In this document: positions 30,755 through 41,178 of the stretch, in pieces | How positions within the stretch are numbered: position 1 is the stretch's first letter | Layout of the letters: each line of letters starts with the position of its first letter | Notes under the pieces: model-generated | Seen by the model: only the letters and a program-made list of their open reading frames with translations | The model's database searches: none | What the model was told of the DNA's origin: nothing | Position numbers and translations under genes: made by a program | DNA from: Ignavibacteriota bacterium | Lineage (GTDB): Bacteria; Bacteroidota; Ignavibacteria; UBA10030; CAVZMI01 | Assembly (NCBI GenBank): GCA_963835935.1 | Contig: CAWIHK010000006.1 | Location: 44,119-108,118 of the forward strand | Direction: 5' to 3' | DNA length: 64,000 nt

Positions 30755-31500
30755 GTCTATTTCGATTGTATGGATCAACCATCTTGATTTTTTTGTTAAG
30801 CCAAATACTTAGCAATGGAATTTTTGCTCAAACAGCCGCAAATATTCAACGTGCTGTAGACATCGTAGTAGCGACTGGCAGTTCTCCGAATGATCCTTCT
30901 GTTTATCAATGGCAAGCAATATCAAATACTACGCAAGGTGTCCACGTTAGTGTCGTGCCAACAGAAATTACGGCAATTTACTTACAACAAAATAATTCTC
31001 TTATCAATTTTCATACATGGAATTTTGGATATATGTTTGCTCTTTGGGTGAGTTATGATGGTGGAAATTTACAGGAAATCTTTAATAACACTACGAAGGA
31101 TGTATCTGGCTGGTTGGTGCCACCATTCTCCACTCTGGGACATCATACTATTTTGGTTAAATGGATTGATATAGCTCTAAATGTCTATTTTAGGAACTAT
31201 GATGTATATGTTGTACCCGCCTGCACAAAATTTTATATGGATAATTATGGGAATACTCTTACCTCTTGGGAAGGTAGTAGTACAGGAACACCTATAATAA
31301 TATCGGAAGGATTTGATGCCTATAATAACACTTATTCAGAGTATTTAAGATACAAAGGACAACAATTGTTTGACACGCTCACTTTGGCAGGTTGCAGGAT
31401 ATATTTTCTTAACTATTATCTCAATAGCCAGGATATGAGAAACTCTGCGGCGATCTATAATTCGGCAGCAAGATATTATTTCATCGATCAGTTCAAATAG
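30751..31500 (+). CDS. Hypothetical secreted protein, probable N-terminal part of a lipase-like gene (4-nt overlap with upstream OMP gene)
   Basis: Signal peptide; ends 4 nt before a +1-frame fragment with GxSxG motif. Confidence 0.4.
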   Translation: MSLFRLYGSTILIFLLSQILSNGIFAQTAANIQRAVDIVVATGSSPNDPSVYQWQAISNTTQGVHVSVVPTEITAIYLQQNNSLINFHTWNFGYMFALWVSYDGGNLQEIFNNTTKDVSGWLVPPFSTLGHHTILVKWIDIALNVYFRNYDVYVVPACTKFYMDNYGNTLTSWEGSSTGTPIIISEGFDAYNNTYSEYLRYKGQQLFDTLTLAGCRIYFLNYYLNSQDMRNSAAIYNSAARYYFIDQFK

Positions 31501-31504
31501 TCAA

Positions 31505-31744
31505 ATGGTAGCGGCTGGTGTGAGCATGGGCGGGGTAATTGTTAGATATGCTTTGGCAAAAGCAGAAAATGACGGCGCGCCATTACCGTTCAAGAAATTT
31601 GTTTCTATTGATGGTCCACAACAAGGAGCCGTCGTTTCATATGATCTGCAATCTTTTATTAAGAATCAAACATCATGTGGGGCACAGGTAGCAGATGATT
31701 TTACCCACTGCTCCACTGCTCCACTGCTAATAAATAGATATTAA
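31505..31744 (+). pseudogene. α/β-hydrolase (lipase-like) fragment with GVSMGG nucleophile elbow, out of frame with 30751..31500 and 3'-truncated by the CACTGCTC repeat
   Basis: 'VAAGVSMGGVIVRYALA…FVSIDGPQQGA'; 31590..31696 identical to 25985..26091. Confidence 0.5.
31706..31729. repeat. (CACTGCTC)x3 octanucleotide tandem repeat (second copy)
   Basis: cactgctccactgctccactgcta. Confidence 0.85.
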
Positions 31745-31746
31745 AA

Positions 31747-33210
31747 GAGAATGTCCCACTCTTAGTTGAAATTCAGCGATAGAAATTTGAGGTTGTTGTC
31801 AACATAAATATTTTTTATGCGACAAGCAAATTTTGTTTTTTATTTTTATTCAACGCGTCAATTAATATTGGTAATGCACCGTAACCTTTTATTCTTCTAA
31901 ATCCTTTTTCAGCTTCCAACACTCCAGCACAAACCCAGCGTGTAACTTGTTCTTCAGTCTTCCAATATTTTACATTCCTCTCTTTCTGTCGAACAACTGA
32001 ATTGAGCGACTCGATCAGATTTGTCGATTGCAATGATTTGCGCAGAGCAAGAGGAAGATTAAGTCGATGCAGCGTCAACGTTTCATCCAATCCTTCACGT
32101 AAACTTTTTGCAGCCGACGAATGCTCTTGCTCCAAGTCCTGCGCAATTGATAGCAGCCGTTCTTTTGCTTTCACTGCATCGTTCATCGAATATGCTTCCG
32201 TCATTCTTCTGCTGACAACTCCCTGAAGATTTTTTGGAAGATAACTTAACACATTACGTTTCTTGTGAACTGTGCAGCGTTGGACATGTGTGTCTGTTCC
32301 AAGTATATCAATGACAGCTCGCCGCAAGGCTTTCGATCCGTCCATCACTACCAAATATAATTGCTCTGTGTGTAATCCACGATCTATCAAATTTTCCAAC
32401 AAACCTTTCGCTATCGTCGTATTTTCTGCCGATCCCTCCCATACCCCAAGAACATGCTTAATCCCTTTAGTATCAATTCCTAACGCGATCACTACTGTAT
32501 AATCACCAATGTGTATTCCATCGATCATCAACACTGCCAACTCTAATTCTTCCAGCCGTCGTTCAAACATTTCTTTTATCTTTTGAGCCGTTGCTGCAAT
32601 CATTCTTCTGCTTACACTGCTCGAACTCGTTCCATACCCTTCTAGAAATTTACTCACTCCTTCTTCATACCTTCGTGTGCTAATGCCTCGAATCAAATCT
32701 CGATATGTCCTCTGAATTAATTCTGCAGACTTACTAAATAATCCGTACGTCTTCAAACTCCACGCATGCTTGTTCTCAACATCCACAACTCGGGTGACAA
32801 ATATTTTTTTCCTCTTTCCATTTACGATCACCGATCCTGGATTTGTTCCATGTCGTGTGCACTGCCGATCAGGTAAATGTTTATATCGTTCGCCTGCAAG
32901 TGATTTGACTTCTTCTTCCATGATCGTCTCCATCACTTGTAAGGAGATGCCTTCCATTTCTTCCGAGAGCGATTCTTTTAATCCCAACAAAACTTCTTTC
33001 ACTGTGTCAACGATCTTTTCTTCCAACTTCTCAAAATGTTTTCCGCTCGTACTGTTGATTACTTCATTCGCTTTTGCTACTTTGATCTTGTGCATGGCGA
33101 TAGTCCTTTCTTTGGTGTTTAATAATTTGAATCGTTATTTTCTCACCTCAGATTAACTATCGCCTGTATTTTTTTCAAGCGCTATTTTCAACTAACTTCG
33201 GGACATCACC
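31747..33210 (-). mobile_element. IS256-family insertion sequence with imperfect terminal IRs and 8-bp target-site duplication TATTAAAA (31739..31746 and 33211..33218)
   Basis: Left end GAGAATGTCCCACTCTTAGTTGAAATTCAGCG vs rc of right end GGTGATGTCCCGAAGTTAGTTGAAAATAGCG; identical flanking octamers. Confidence 0.8.
31815..33095 (-). CDS. IS256-family (Mutator-type) transposase
   Basis: 426 aa; '…LQSTNLIESLNSVVR…' and DDE-region features typical of IS256 transposases. Confidence 0.85.
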   Translation of the reverse strand: MHKIKVAKANEVINSTSGKHFEKLEEKIVDTVKEVLLGLKESLSEEMEGISLQVMETIMEEEVKSLAGERYKHLPDRQCTRHGTNPGSVIVNGKRKKIFVTRVVDVENKHAWSLKTYGLFSKSAELIQRTYRDLIRGISTRRYEEGVSKFLEGYGTSSSSVSRRMIAATAQKIKEMFERRLEELELAVLMIDGIHIGDYTVVIALGIDTKGIKHVLGVWEGSAENTTIAKGLLENLIDRGLHTEQLYLVVMDGSKALRRAVIDILGTDTHVQRCTVHKKRNVLSYLPKNLQGVVSRRMTEAYSMNDAVKAKERLLSIAQDLEQEHSSAAKSLREGLDETLTLHRLNLPLALRKSLQSTNLIESLNSVVRQKERNVKYWKTEEQVTRWVCAGVLEAEKGFRRIKGYGALPILIDALNKNKKQNLLVA

Positions 33211-33218
33211 TATTAAAA

Positions 33219-33497
33219 ACGATTACGAAATAAAATATTTTTTACACATGGAGGTGCGGAATAAAGAAAACTTATATAGCCAATTTTTTATTTGGTTCAA
33301 GGAGATTCTTTTTTTTCGTAAGATAAAAGCCCTATTACAATCTCTACACGCTTGCCCCAGGTATGTAAGTATTTACGAAGAGCCGTGTGAGGGAAACCGT
33401 TAGGCGTGAGCCTCAGTCGAACGCTCACGACGAAATCTCACGCATGGTTCTGTGAAGGGCAATGAAAGTATCGTTAACTATTTTTTAGGAGCAAAAA
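33219..33497 (+). promoter_or_regulatory. Conserved 5' leader element (copy 2) with small ORF (MEVRNKENLYSQFFIWFKEILFF…, 33258..33377) and extended hairpin
   Basis: Homologous to 24920..25226 (see above). Confidence 0.5.
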
Positions 33498-33956
33498 ATG
33501 TCTACTAGACGAAAAGGTTTAAAAAAGATTAAAAGAATATTCCTATCGTTGCTTGTAGCATCGATAGGAATTCTTTGGTTCTCCGACTGTAAGTCGCCAA
33601 CATCTTCTAATCAATCTCCAAATCATAGTATAAGTATCTATGCAGAGTGGATGTTTAGAAGTATTTCAGGTGGAATTGAAGGTAAGACGTATATAGTCGA
33701 TACGAATTTGAACAAAACTGTCCTCACTTTCAACTCTAACCACATAGCAACTATAGTCCATAATGACACTCTGCTATGGTCTGGCGTATTTTTAATTGAG
33801 AAACGGAAGTCAATATATTCTGCGGACAGTTTAGATTTCATCATATACCAGAATGGATCTCATCCTGATGTCATCATCTATATATCCTATGATTCTCTTG
33901 TTCTTGGCGATAACTGGTTTGATGGCTGTACTAGTACATATACCAAGTTAAATTGA
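33498..33956 (+). CDS. Small hypothetical lipoprotein
   Basis: Signal peptide with Cys (LWFSDCKS); no family recognised. Confidence 0.4.
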   Translation: MSTRRKGLKKIKRIFLSLLVASIGILWFSDCKSPTSSNQSPNHSISIYAEWMFRSISGGIEGKTYIVDTNLNKTVLTFNSNHIATIVHNDTLLWSGVFLIEKRKSIYSADSLDFIIYQNGSHPDVIIYISYDSLVLGDNWFDGCTSTYTKLN

Positions 33957-33982
33957 AATGGTGCTAATAGAAGGCTAAAAAA

Positions 33983-35044
33983 ATGAAAAAAACATGCCAC
34001 ATATTCTTCGCAATTACAATTCTATTTTTGTTCTTACAAATAAACTGCAAGCATAATCCTGTAGGTACGCAGGATAACATCCAGCCGGGGCGACGAGATT
34101 ATACATGGACAGTTGATACACTAAATGCTGGACCCGGTAATATATTTTATCTCTTCAGCTTGTGGGGAAGCAGTCCGCAGGACGTTTGGGCTGTAGGTTC
34201 AGGCGGTTCTCCAGATTTGTGTTTGTGGCATTTCGACGGAGTAAGTTGGAAACGAGATATGTCGCGTACGTCGAGTGATCTCATGTCCGTCTACGGCTTT
34301 TCGAAAAACAATGTCTGGACGTGCGACGGCGGAATATTTCATTATGATGGTTCCCAATGGTCTTTGAACTATCATTATAATGTTTCAGGCGAGCGTCTTC
34401 TTATTAATAATATTTGGGGCGATGCACCTGATAATATTTTTGGGGTTGGCGGAATAGATCTACTTGATGGTAGTGGAAATTACAAAGGTGCAATTTGGAG
34501 ATATACTGGCGTCATTTGGTTTCCTGTACAGATTCCTGAATTACGTGTTGGTTTTTCATGGATAAGACATGACCAAGTAGATGGAAAATATTATCTGACT
34601 GCAACACGTTTCGAGGCCATTGGAGACACAAATAAAATTTTTCAATTCGATGGCAATAATCTTAAACAAATTTATAGCGGCCAGGATGTAGCCACAGTTA
34701 ATGAAGTAGATGGCAAAATCTATCTTTGCATCGGGAGAAAGATATTCAGATATCAAAGTGATCAGCTACAATTATGGAAAGATTTCACCGGTACTATATA
34801 CTTAGGTCTGATGTGGGGGCGCAGCGAAAAGGATTTCTTTAGCGTTGCAAATGGCGGCCTTGTTCATTATAACGGCACTGACCTCGCTTTGCTTTATCCA
34901 ACAACTATGCTTATTTCGGATGTAGCGGTTTTTCCAAACGATGTTTTTATACTTGCGTGGAATACGAACAATGATATTACCATTGTTGTTCACGGTGTTC
35001 TTAACAATACGGAGAAGAAAAATACCACTCAATACAGTAATTAA
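33983..35044 (+). CDS. Beta-propeller-repeat lipoprotein (paralog of the IS110-disrupted gene)
   Basis: Lipobox LQINCKH; repeated 'W..G….DVW/IW..GG' blades. Confidence 0.5.
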   Translation: MKKTCHIFFAITILFLFLQINCKHNPVGTQDNIQPGRRDYTWTVDTLNAGPGNIFYLFSLWGSSPQDVWAVGSGGSPDLCLWHFDGVSWKRDMSRTSSDLMSVYGFSKNNVWTCDGGIFHYDGSQWSLNYHYNVSGERLLINNIWGDAPDNIFGVGGIDLLDGSGNYKGAIWRYTGVIWFPVQIPELRVGFSWIRHDQVDGKYYLTATRFEAIGDTNKIFQFDGNNLKQIYSGQDVATVNEVDGKIYLCIGRKIFRYQSDQLQLWKDFTGTIYLGLMWGRSEKDFFSVANGGLVHYNGTDLALLYPTTMLISDVAVFPNDVFILAWNTNNDITIVVHGVLNNTEKKNTTQYSN

Positions 35045-35173
35045 ACAAAGGCGATGGTGCTGCGAACACCACCGCCATTTTTGAATAGCCGTAAAGGCTG
35101 GTCACCTTTTTTCGATTTGCATCGAGGGCTATTTCATTTATAAGATACTTATTTTTAGGAAAGGAAAAAAGTC

Positions 35174-38100
35174 ATGAAAAGAGCTATTCGCGTTGTTTTC
35201 ACAATCAGTATACTCATGCTGTTTTTTTTCATCAGGGGCAGTGTCGGCCAGACAATTCGATCTGACAGCCTTTTACAAATGTCAAAAACCCTTTATCAAT
35301 CGATAGAACGATTGGAAACAAATCATAGTACCGGTGTTCCTCGATCGATACGCGGTAAGTTGACTTCAAATGTAAATTTAAATGATATTTCACAGGCGAA
35401 ACAGTTCCTCCATAATTCGAGGTCACTGTTTCGCATGAACGAAGTCACAGACGATTTCGTTATGGAAAAAGTTGATAAAGACGAAATCAGTATGACTCAT
35501 GCAAAATTGCAACAGAATTATAAAGGCGTCCCGGTTTGGGGATCGGAGTTGATTCTCCACAGCGATCAGAACAATACTGTTGTTGAAATAAACGGCAGAT
35601 TCACTCCTGATTTGAATATTGATATGACCATAGGAATTCAATCTTCAAATGCTTTAAACATTGCACTTGCCGATCTTGGTCCGGCAGATTATCGCTGGGA
35701 AAATAAAGATCAAGAAAATATTATCAAGCAAGTTTTCAATGACAATAGCAGAACATGGAAACCTAATCCAGTGTTGGTTGTTGCGCCGCGCAATAGCAAC
35801 TTCGACAAAAGTGAATATAGGCTTGCGTGGAAAATGACTATTGCTGTTGATGGCGCGAAAATGGGTAATTGGGAATATTTCATCGATGCAAAGACTGGTG
35901 AAATTATAAATAAATACAATTCAATGGCGGATGCAATCGGCAGCGGTGTCAGCAATTATAATGGTATAGTCCCTATTTATTCTGAATGGAATTCTACAAC
36001 ATATCAAATGATTGATAGCATTCGGAATATTATCACTACTGTTTATTATAATCCTAATAATCAATTTGGAGATCCTACACTCCAATATCAACTCTTAACT
36101 GATGATGATAATTATTGGGACCAAAATAAATCGGCAGTTGATGTGCATTGGGGAATTGCACAAGTGTATGATTTCTATAAGAATGTCTTCAACCGAAACG
36201 GTTTTGATAATTCCGGCTCCATAATTCTGAACGAGGTGAATTTTCCAATCTCCCCTAATAATTGTAATGCAGCCTGGAATGGAACACAAATGGTATACGG
36301 ATCAGGCGATGGACAAAACTTCTCGTCTGTTACTTCTCTTGATATTTGTGGCCATGAACTAACGCATGCCGTTACTCAATATACTGCAGGCTTAGGACAT
36401 CAAGGTGAATCCGGCACTTTGAATGAAGCGTTTTCGGATATTTTTGGAATGGCAATTGAATTCTACGCAACTCCATCGAAAGCGGACTGGAAAATTGGGG
36501 AAGATTGTTATACACCGGGAATCAGCGGCGATGCTCTGAGATATATGAACAATCCAAAAGCTGGAAATCAGCCGGATACTTACCAAGGAATGAATTGGGA
36601 TACGACAGCAAATCCGGATGTGCACACAAACGATGGTGTATTGAATTATGCTTTCTATCTGATGACGGTCGGAGGAAGTGGTACTAATGATAACGGTACT
36701 TCGTACTCTGTCGCAGGTGTCGGACTTGTTGAGACGAGAGCGATTGCATACAGAGTATTGACAGTTTATTTGCACTCCAGCGCTCAATATGCAGATGCAC
36801 GAACTGCATTTCTATCGGCGGCATCCGACTTGTACGGTGCAGGTGGAGCGGAATATCTGGCAGTATTAAATGCGTTTGCAGCGGTTGGAGTTGAAGCGAA
36901 GCTGACTATTGCAAATAGCTTCAACACCGGCGTAATAATGGTGAATGGTGGAACGGTGGCCAGCGGCTACATTTATCCCGCCGATATTACTTCCGTGCAG
37001 ACTTATCAGGCGATTCCTCAACATTCTGGCTCATATGATTATGTCTGGAATATGAATGGCGCTGATTCGAGTATTAGTTATTGGAATCTAAAGCCTTCTG
37101 GAGGTCGACAAAGTAGAATTTCAGGTGCAACAAATATTTCTTACACATACTCCGTTGCCAAATCTGACAACAACGCAACGTACATAGCAGATTTAAAGAA
37201 GAACTTTGCAATAAGCAGAAACGATCAAACTGAATTTGACGGAACTATATCTGACGGTATAGTTGCACATATTGTAGAACAGAATTCCGGTTCTATATCA
37301 GCTCCAGCGCAACAAAAAATTAACAATCACAATTACATATTTTATAATTGGTCTGACAGCTCCACGGCTAATCCGCATACAATAACTCCAACCGATAATA
37401 CCACGCTTACCGCCAACTACAAAGGTCACATGCTCTCTAACACCTCTGCCGCCACCGCCGGCAACAGCAGCCGTAAAATTGCGTATGATGATATCGACGG
37501 TTCGGACCATGTTACTCATGCTGTTTATTCTTCCTGCGGAAGTATCTGGTACGTGCGGAATGTTAATGGGACCGGCTGGAGCAACGAAATAAAACTTGGT
37601 GATGGAATCAATCCATCAATTGCAGTAACCGCTCCGCAAGATGGGCATATTTATACACATGTTGTGTGGGAGCAGAATGGCAGAGTATATTATCGAAGAT
37701 CGGGAAATGATGGAGTTACATGGGATGCAGCATTGAGTTTCCCTGGTTTGGAAGCAAGCGGATACAATGCAACGCCGGTTGTCATAGGCAATTATGAAGC
37801 TATGGTTATCTGGTGTTACGGCAGTCAGGCTAATGGCGGAGGCTTGTACGCGTGTGTCGAACCGGCAAGTTTAAATATCCAGGGAGCTATTGCCGGTACA
37901 AATTGGAAAACACATTCACCTTCCGGTGTAGAGCAGAATTGGCATTTGAGTGCAGTTCCCAATTTTTCTTCTAATCATTTTTTCCATATCGCTTATGCAA
38001 CCGACACTGCAATCGTATATGATAATCTTCAGGTATATACGTCGCCTCCTTCAATCTTTTCAACATGTAAAATTTCCGTCTCACCATCGCCAAACACCGG

Positions 38101-39977
38101 GAATACAAATCCATCTATCGCATGCGCATACGATCTGGTAGATACGAGTTTGAGAAAGGTTGGCGTTGCATGGGAGAACTCAACAAATCACAGGGTGTAT
38201 TATCGAGAATCGGCAAATGATGGAAGCACTTGGGGAACTGTAAAAGAGTTTACACACGGCACTGACCAACTTTCGCAGCCTGTTGTCAGTTTCGGAACTA
38301 TGAGTAATTCAGCGACTGTTCTATTTCAAGATAACAATCAGATAGGAAGGGTGGTAAAAGATCTTGGCCGCGGAACATGGTCGCCAATAATGAATTTAGG
38401 CACAGGAACAGGAGAACATTTGCCATCATGCACTGATGTATCGCCAGCGGCGTTGTGGGTGACCGGAAGTTCATCGCCATTCACCATTAATACTTCTGTT
38501 CTTACTGTTCTTCCAACTCCTACACAATTATCGCCAACAAGTGGAGCAACTAATATATCAACAACACCAATAATTAAATGGAACACAGTGGCGGGAGCAG
38601 CATCGTATTGGCTGCAGGTGGCAACTGATACAGGATTTAATTCGTTAGTTGTGAATCAAGCAGGGATTACTGGAACATCTGATACAATAACAACAGCACT
38701 TTCAAACAACACTACCTACTACTGGCATGTGAATGCAGCGGATCCAAGCGGAGATCAAAGCAGTTGGTCTTACACATGGTCATTCAAAACTACACCTCCA
38801 CCACCACCGCCTCCGCCGCCACCACCAACACTTTCATCACCTACAAACGGCATGGCAAATGTACCATTAACACAATCATTAAGCTGGAGCAACGTCGTAC
38901 CGGCTACAAGTATCTAAAAATAGCGACTTATCCTCACCTGTTTATGACAATTCATCGCTCACAGGATTATCGATTCCGATAAGCGGTCTTGGTCTTACCA
39001 ACGGTACGAACTATTATTGGCGAGTAAATGCAACGAATGCAGGAGGAACGAGTGCGTGGTCGGCGGTATGGCAGTTCCAGACGGTGATAACACCGCCGAC
39101 ATTAACTTCACCTTTACCTATAAGCGGAGCCGTTAATGTACCGATACCAACGACATTGATTTGGGGAGTAGTTACGGGAGGTCAATCGTATCAAGTGCAG
39201 GTATCGACCGATCCGGGATTTTCATCCGCATCATCTATAGGAAGTAATACAACCTCGTGTACAATAACGCTTTCAAACAACACAACCTACTACTGGCATG
39301 TGCGTGCATCGAATCAAGGCGGAGGTCAGAGCGGCTGGTCGTCTACAGGAATATTCACAACAGTACCCGCACCGCCAGCAGCTCCAACACTTTTATTACC
39401 TGCAAATAATGCTACAGGTGTATCGAGAACGCCAACACTAACTTGGAGTGCAGCTGCAAGAGCAACATCATATACAGTGTGTATTGCATATACAAATACC
39501 AATGTTGGGAATGTAACGTCATGGAAAGAGACTAATACACTTCAAGCCAATACAAAATATTCCTGGTCAGTATATGCAAGTAATGCTGGAGGAAATTCCC
39601 CAATGTCGACATTATATTATTTTACAACAGGCACACAAATATCTAAGAGAGTCATAAGTTTAGACCAGAATGATGGTTCGGAGTCTGATTATGTGCCAGA
39701 TATTTATAATCTGTATCAGAATTATCCTAATCCTTTCAATCCTTCAACAACGATACAATTCGATCTGCAAAATACAACGAAGGTGATATTGAAAATATAT
39801 GATATATCAGGGAAGGAAATTCAAACATTAGTTAATTGTTATCTTGCAGCGGGATCGTACACAATTCGATGGAACGGACAGGATGCGAATGGTAGAAACG
39901 TGCATAGCGGAATGTATTTCTATCGTCTATCAACAGAAATGTTTACAGGCACAAAAAAGATGATGCTGTTGCGTTAA
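35174..39977 (+). pseudogene. Large secreted M4 (thermolysin-like) metalloprotease with BNR/Asp-box repeats, four FN3-like repeats, poly-Pro linker and T9SS C-terminal domain; reading frame broken near 38898..38917 (ORFs 35174..38917 and 38883/39084..39977)
   Basis: HExxH 'CGHELTHAV' + 'LNEAFSDIFG'; 'YYRRSGNDGVTW','YYRESANDGSTWG' Asp-boxes; FN3-like repeats continue across the frame break; C-terminal 'LYQNYPNPFNPSTTIQF…' CTD. Confidence 0.65.
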
Positions 39978-40002
39978 GGAGATTACATTCAATAACAATG
40001 TG

Positions 40003-40047
40003 AAAAAAGGCCGCTTCATTATTTAATGGAGCGGCTTGTATTTTTTG
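40003..40047 (+). terminator. Rho-independent terminator after the M4 protease gene
   Basis: ggccgcttcatta…taatggagcggc stem followed by tattttttg. Confidence 0.5.
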
Positions 40048-40050
40048 TGT

Positions 40051-40073
40051 AGGTCGATTTTAAAAATCGACCT
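40051..40073. repeat. Perfect 11-bp-arm palindrome AGGTCGATTTT-A-AAAATCGACCT, followed by two more TCGA-containing dyads (40089..40106, ~40130..40160)
   Basis: Read directly upstream of era. Confidence 0.55.
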
Positions 40074-40230
40074 TTAACGGCTTCAGAAGTCGAAACGCGG
40101 TTCGACAAGCTCACCGCAAGAAATTTCGACCAACATTGCAGTTCGATTTTTAATTGATAGCTGATAGCACTAAACTGCGCTTCATCTAATCACATTACGC
40201 AATCACCTTCTCCTTTTTAATCCAATTTTT

Positions 40231-41163
40231 TTGTACATTAATTCTATGAGTTCAGAGATAAAAGAAGATAAAATAATCCGGGCAGGTTATATTGCGATTA
40301 TCGGTGAACCGAATGTCGGCAAATCAACGCTCATGAACGCATTAGTTGGACAAAAATTGTCTATCGTTTCCAGTAAACCACAAACTACGCGACGCAGGGT
40401 TCTGGGAATAAAAACAGTCGATGAATGTCAGATGATTTTCTTTGACACTCCGGGTATCCTGAAGCCGCGTTATCTTTTGCATGACGTGATGATGTCGTAC
40501 GTCGAGCACGCAATGAGCGATGCCGACATTTTACTTGTCCTTGTCGATAGTACCCGGCCCAGGATAAAACGAATACCGCCCGAAGTCCGGGAAAAGCTGG
40601 AGAGACTTCAGACTGCACTTTTTCTTGTTCTGAATAAAATCGACAAAGTGAAAAAAGCAGAACTTTTACCGTTGATAGACAATTACCAAAAAGAATTTCC
40701 TTGGAAAGAAATAGTTCCCGTGAGTGCGTTGACCGGAGAAGGAATAGAACTATTGTCGAAGTTGGTACAACAGTATCTACCCATGCATCCGCCGTATTTC
40801 CCGCCGGATGCTGTGAGTGAACATCCGGAACGTTTTTTTGTGGGAGAAATCATCCGTGAAAAAATATTTGAAAAATTCTCGGAAGAAATTCCATACTCCG
40901 TTGAAGTGGAAATAGTCGATTACAAGGAGCGGGAAAATGGAAAATATTTTATCAGCGCTGAAATCACGGTTGAACGGCAATCGCAAAAAGGAATGGTCAT
41001 CGGAAAAAAGGGAGAAGCTCTGAAAGTTATAGGCGAGCTTGCACGGCATGACATCGAAAAATTTGTCGAACATCAGGTTTTTCTCGAACTTCATGTCCGT
41101 GTGCGGGAGAAGTGGCGTTCCTCGGAAACCTTATTGAAAAGAATGGGATATTCAACAGAATAA
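40231..41163 (+). CDS. era: GTPase Era (start may be 40246)
   Basis: G1 'IGEPNVGKST', G3 'DTPG', G4 'NKID', C-terminal KH domain. Confidence 0.9.
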   Translation: MYINSMSSEIKEDKIIRAGYIAIIGEPNVGKSTLMNALVGQKLSIVSSKPQTTRRRVLGIKTVDECQMIFFDTPGILKPRYLLHDVMMSYVEHAMSDADILLVLVDSTRPRIKRIPPEVREKLERLQTALFLVLNKIDKVKKAELLPLIDNYQKEFPWKEIVPVSALTGEGIELLSKLVQQYLPMHPPYFPPDAVSEHPERFFVGEIIREKIFEKFSEEIPYSVEVEIVDYKERENGKYFISAEITVERQSQKGMVIGKKGEALKVIGELARHDIEKFVEHQVFLELHVRVREKWRSSETLLKRMGYSTE

Positions 41164-41178
41164 ATCGGAGATATTTTT

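Noticed and set aside
38800-38835. CCACCACCACCGCCTCCGCCGCCACCACCA as a non-coding simple repeat
   Set aside because: It lies inside the M4 protease ORF and encodes a poly-proline linker (PPPPPPPPPPPP) between FN3-like repeats.
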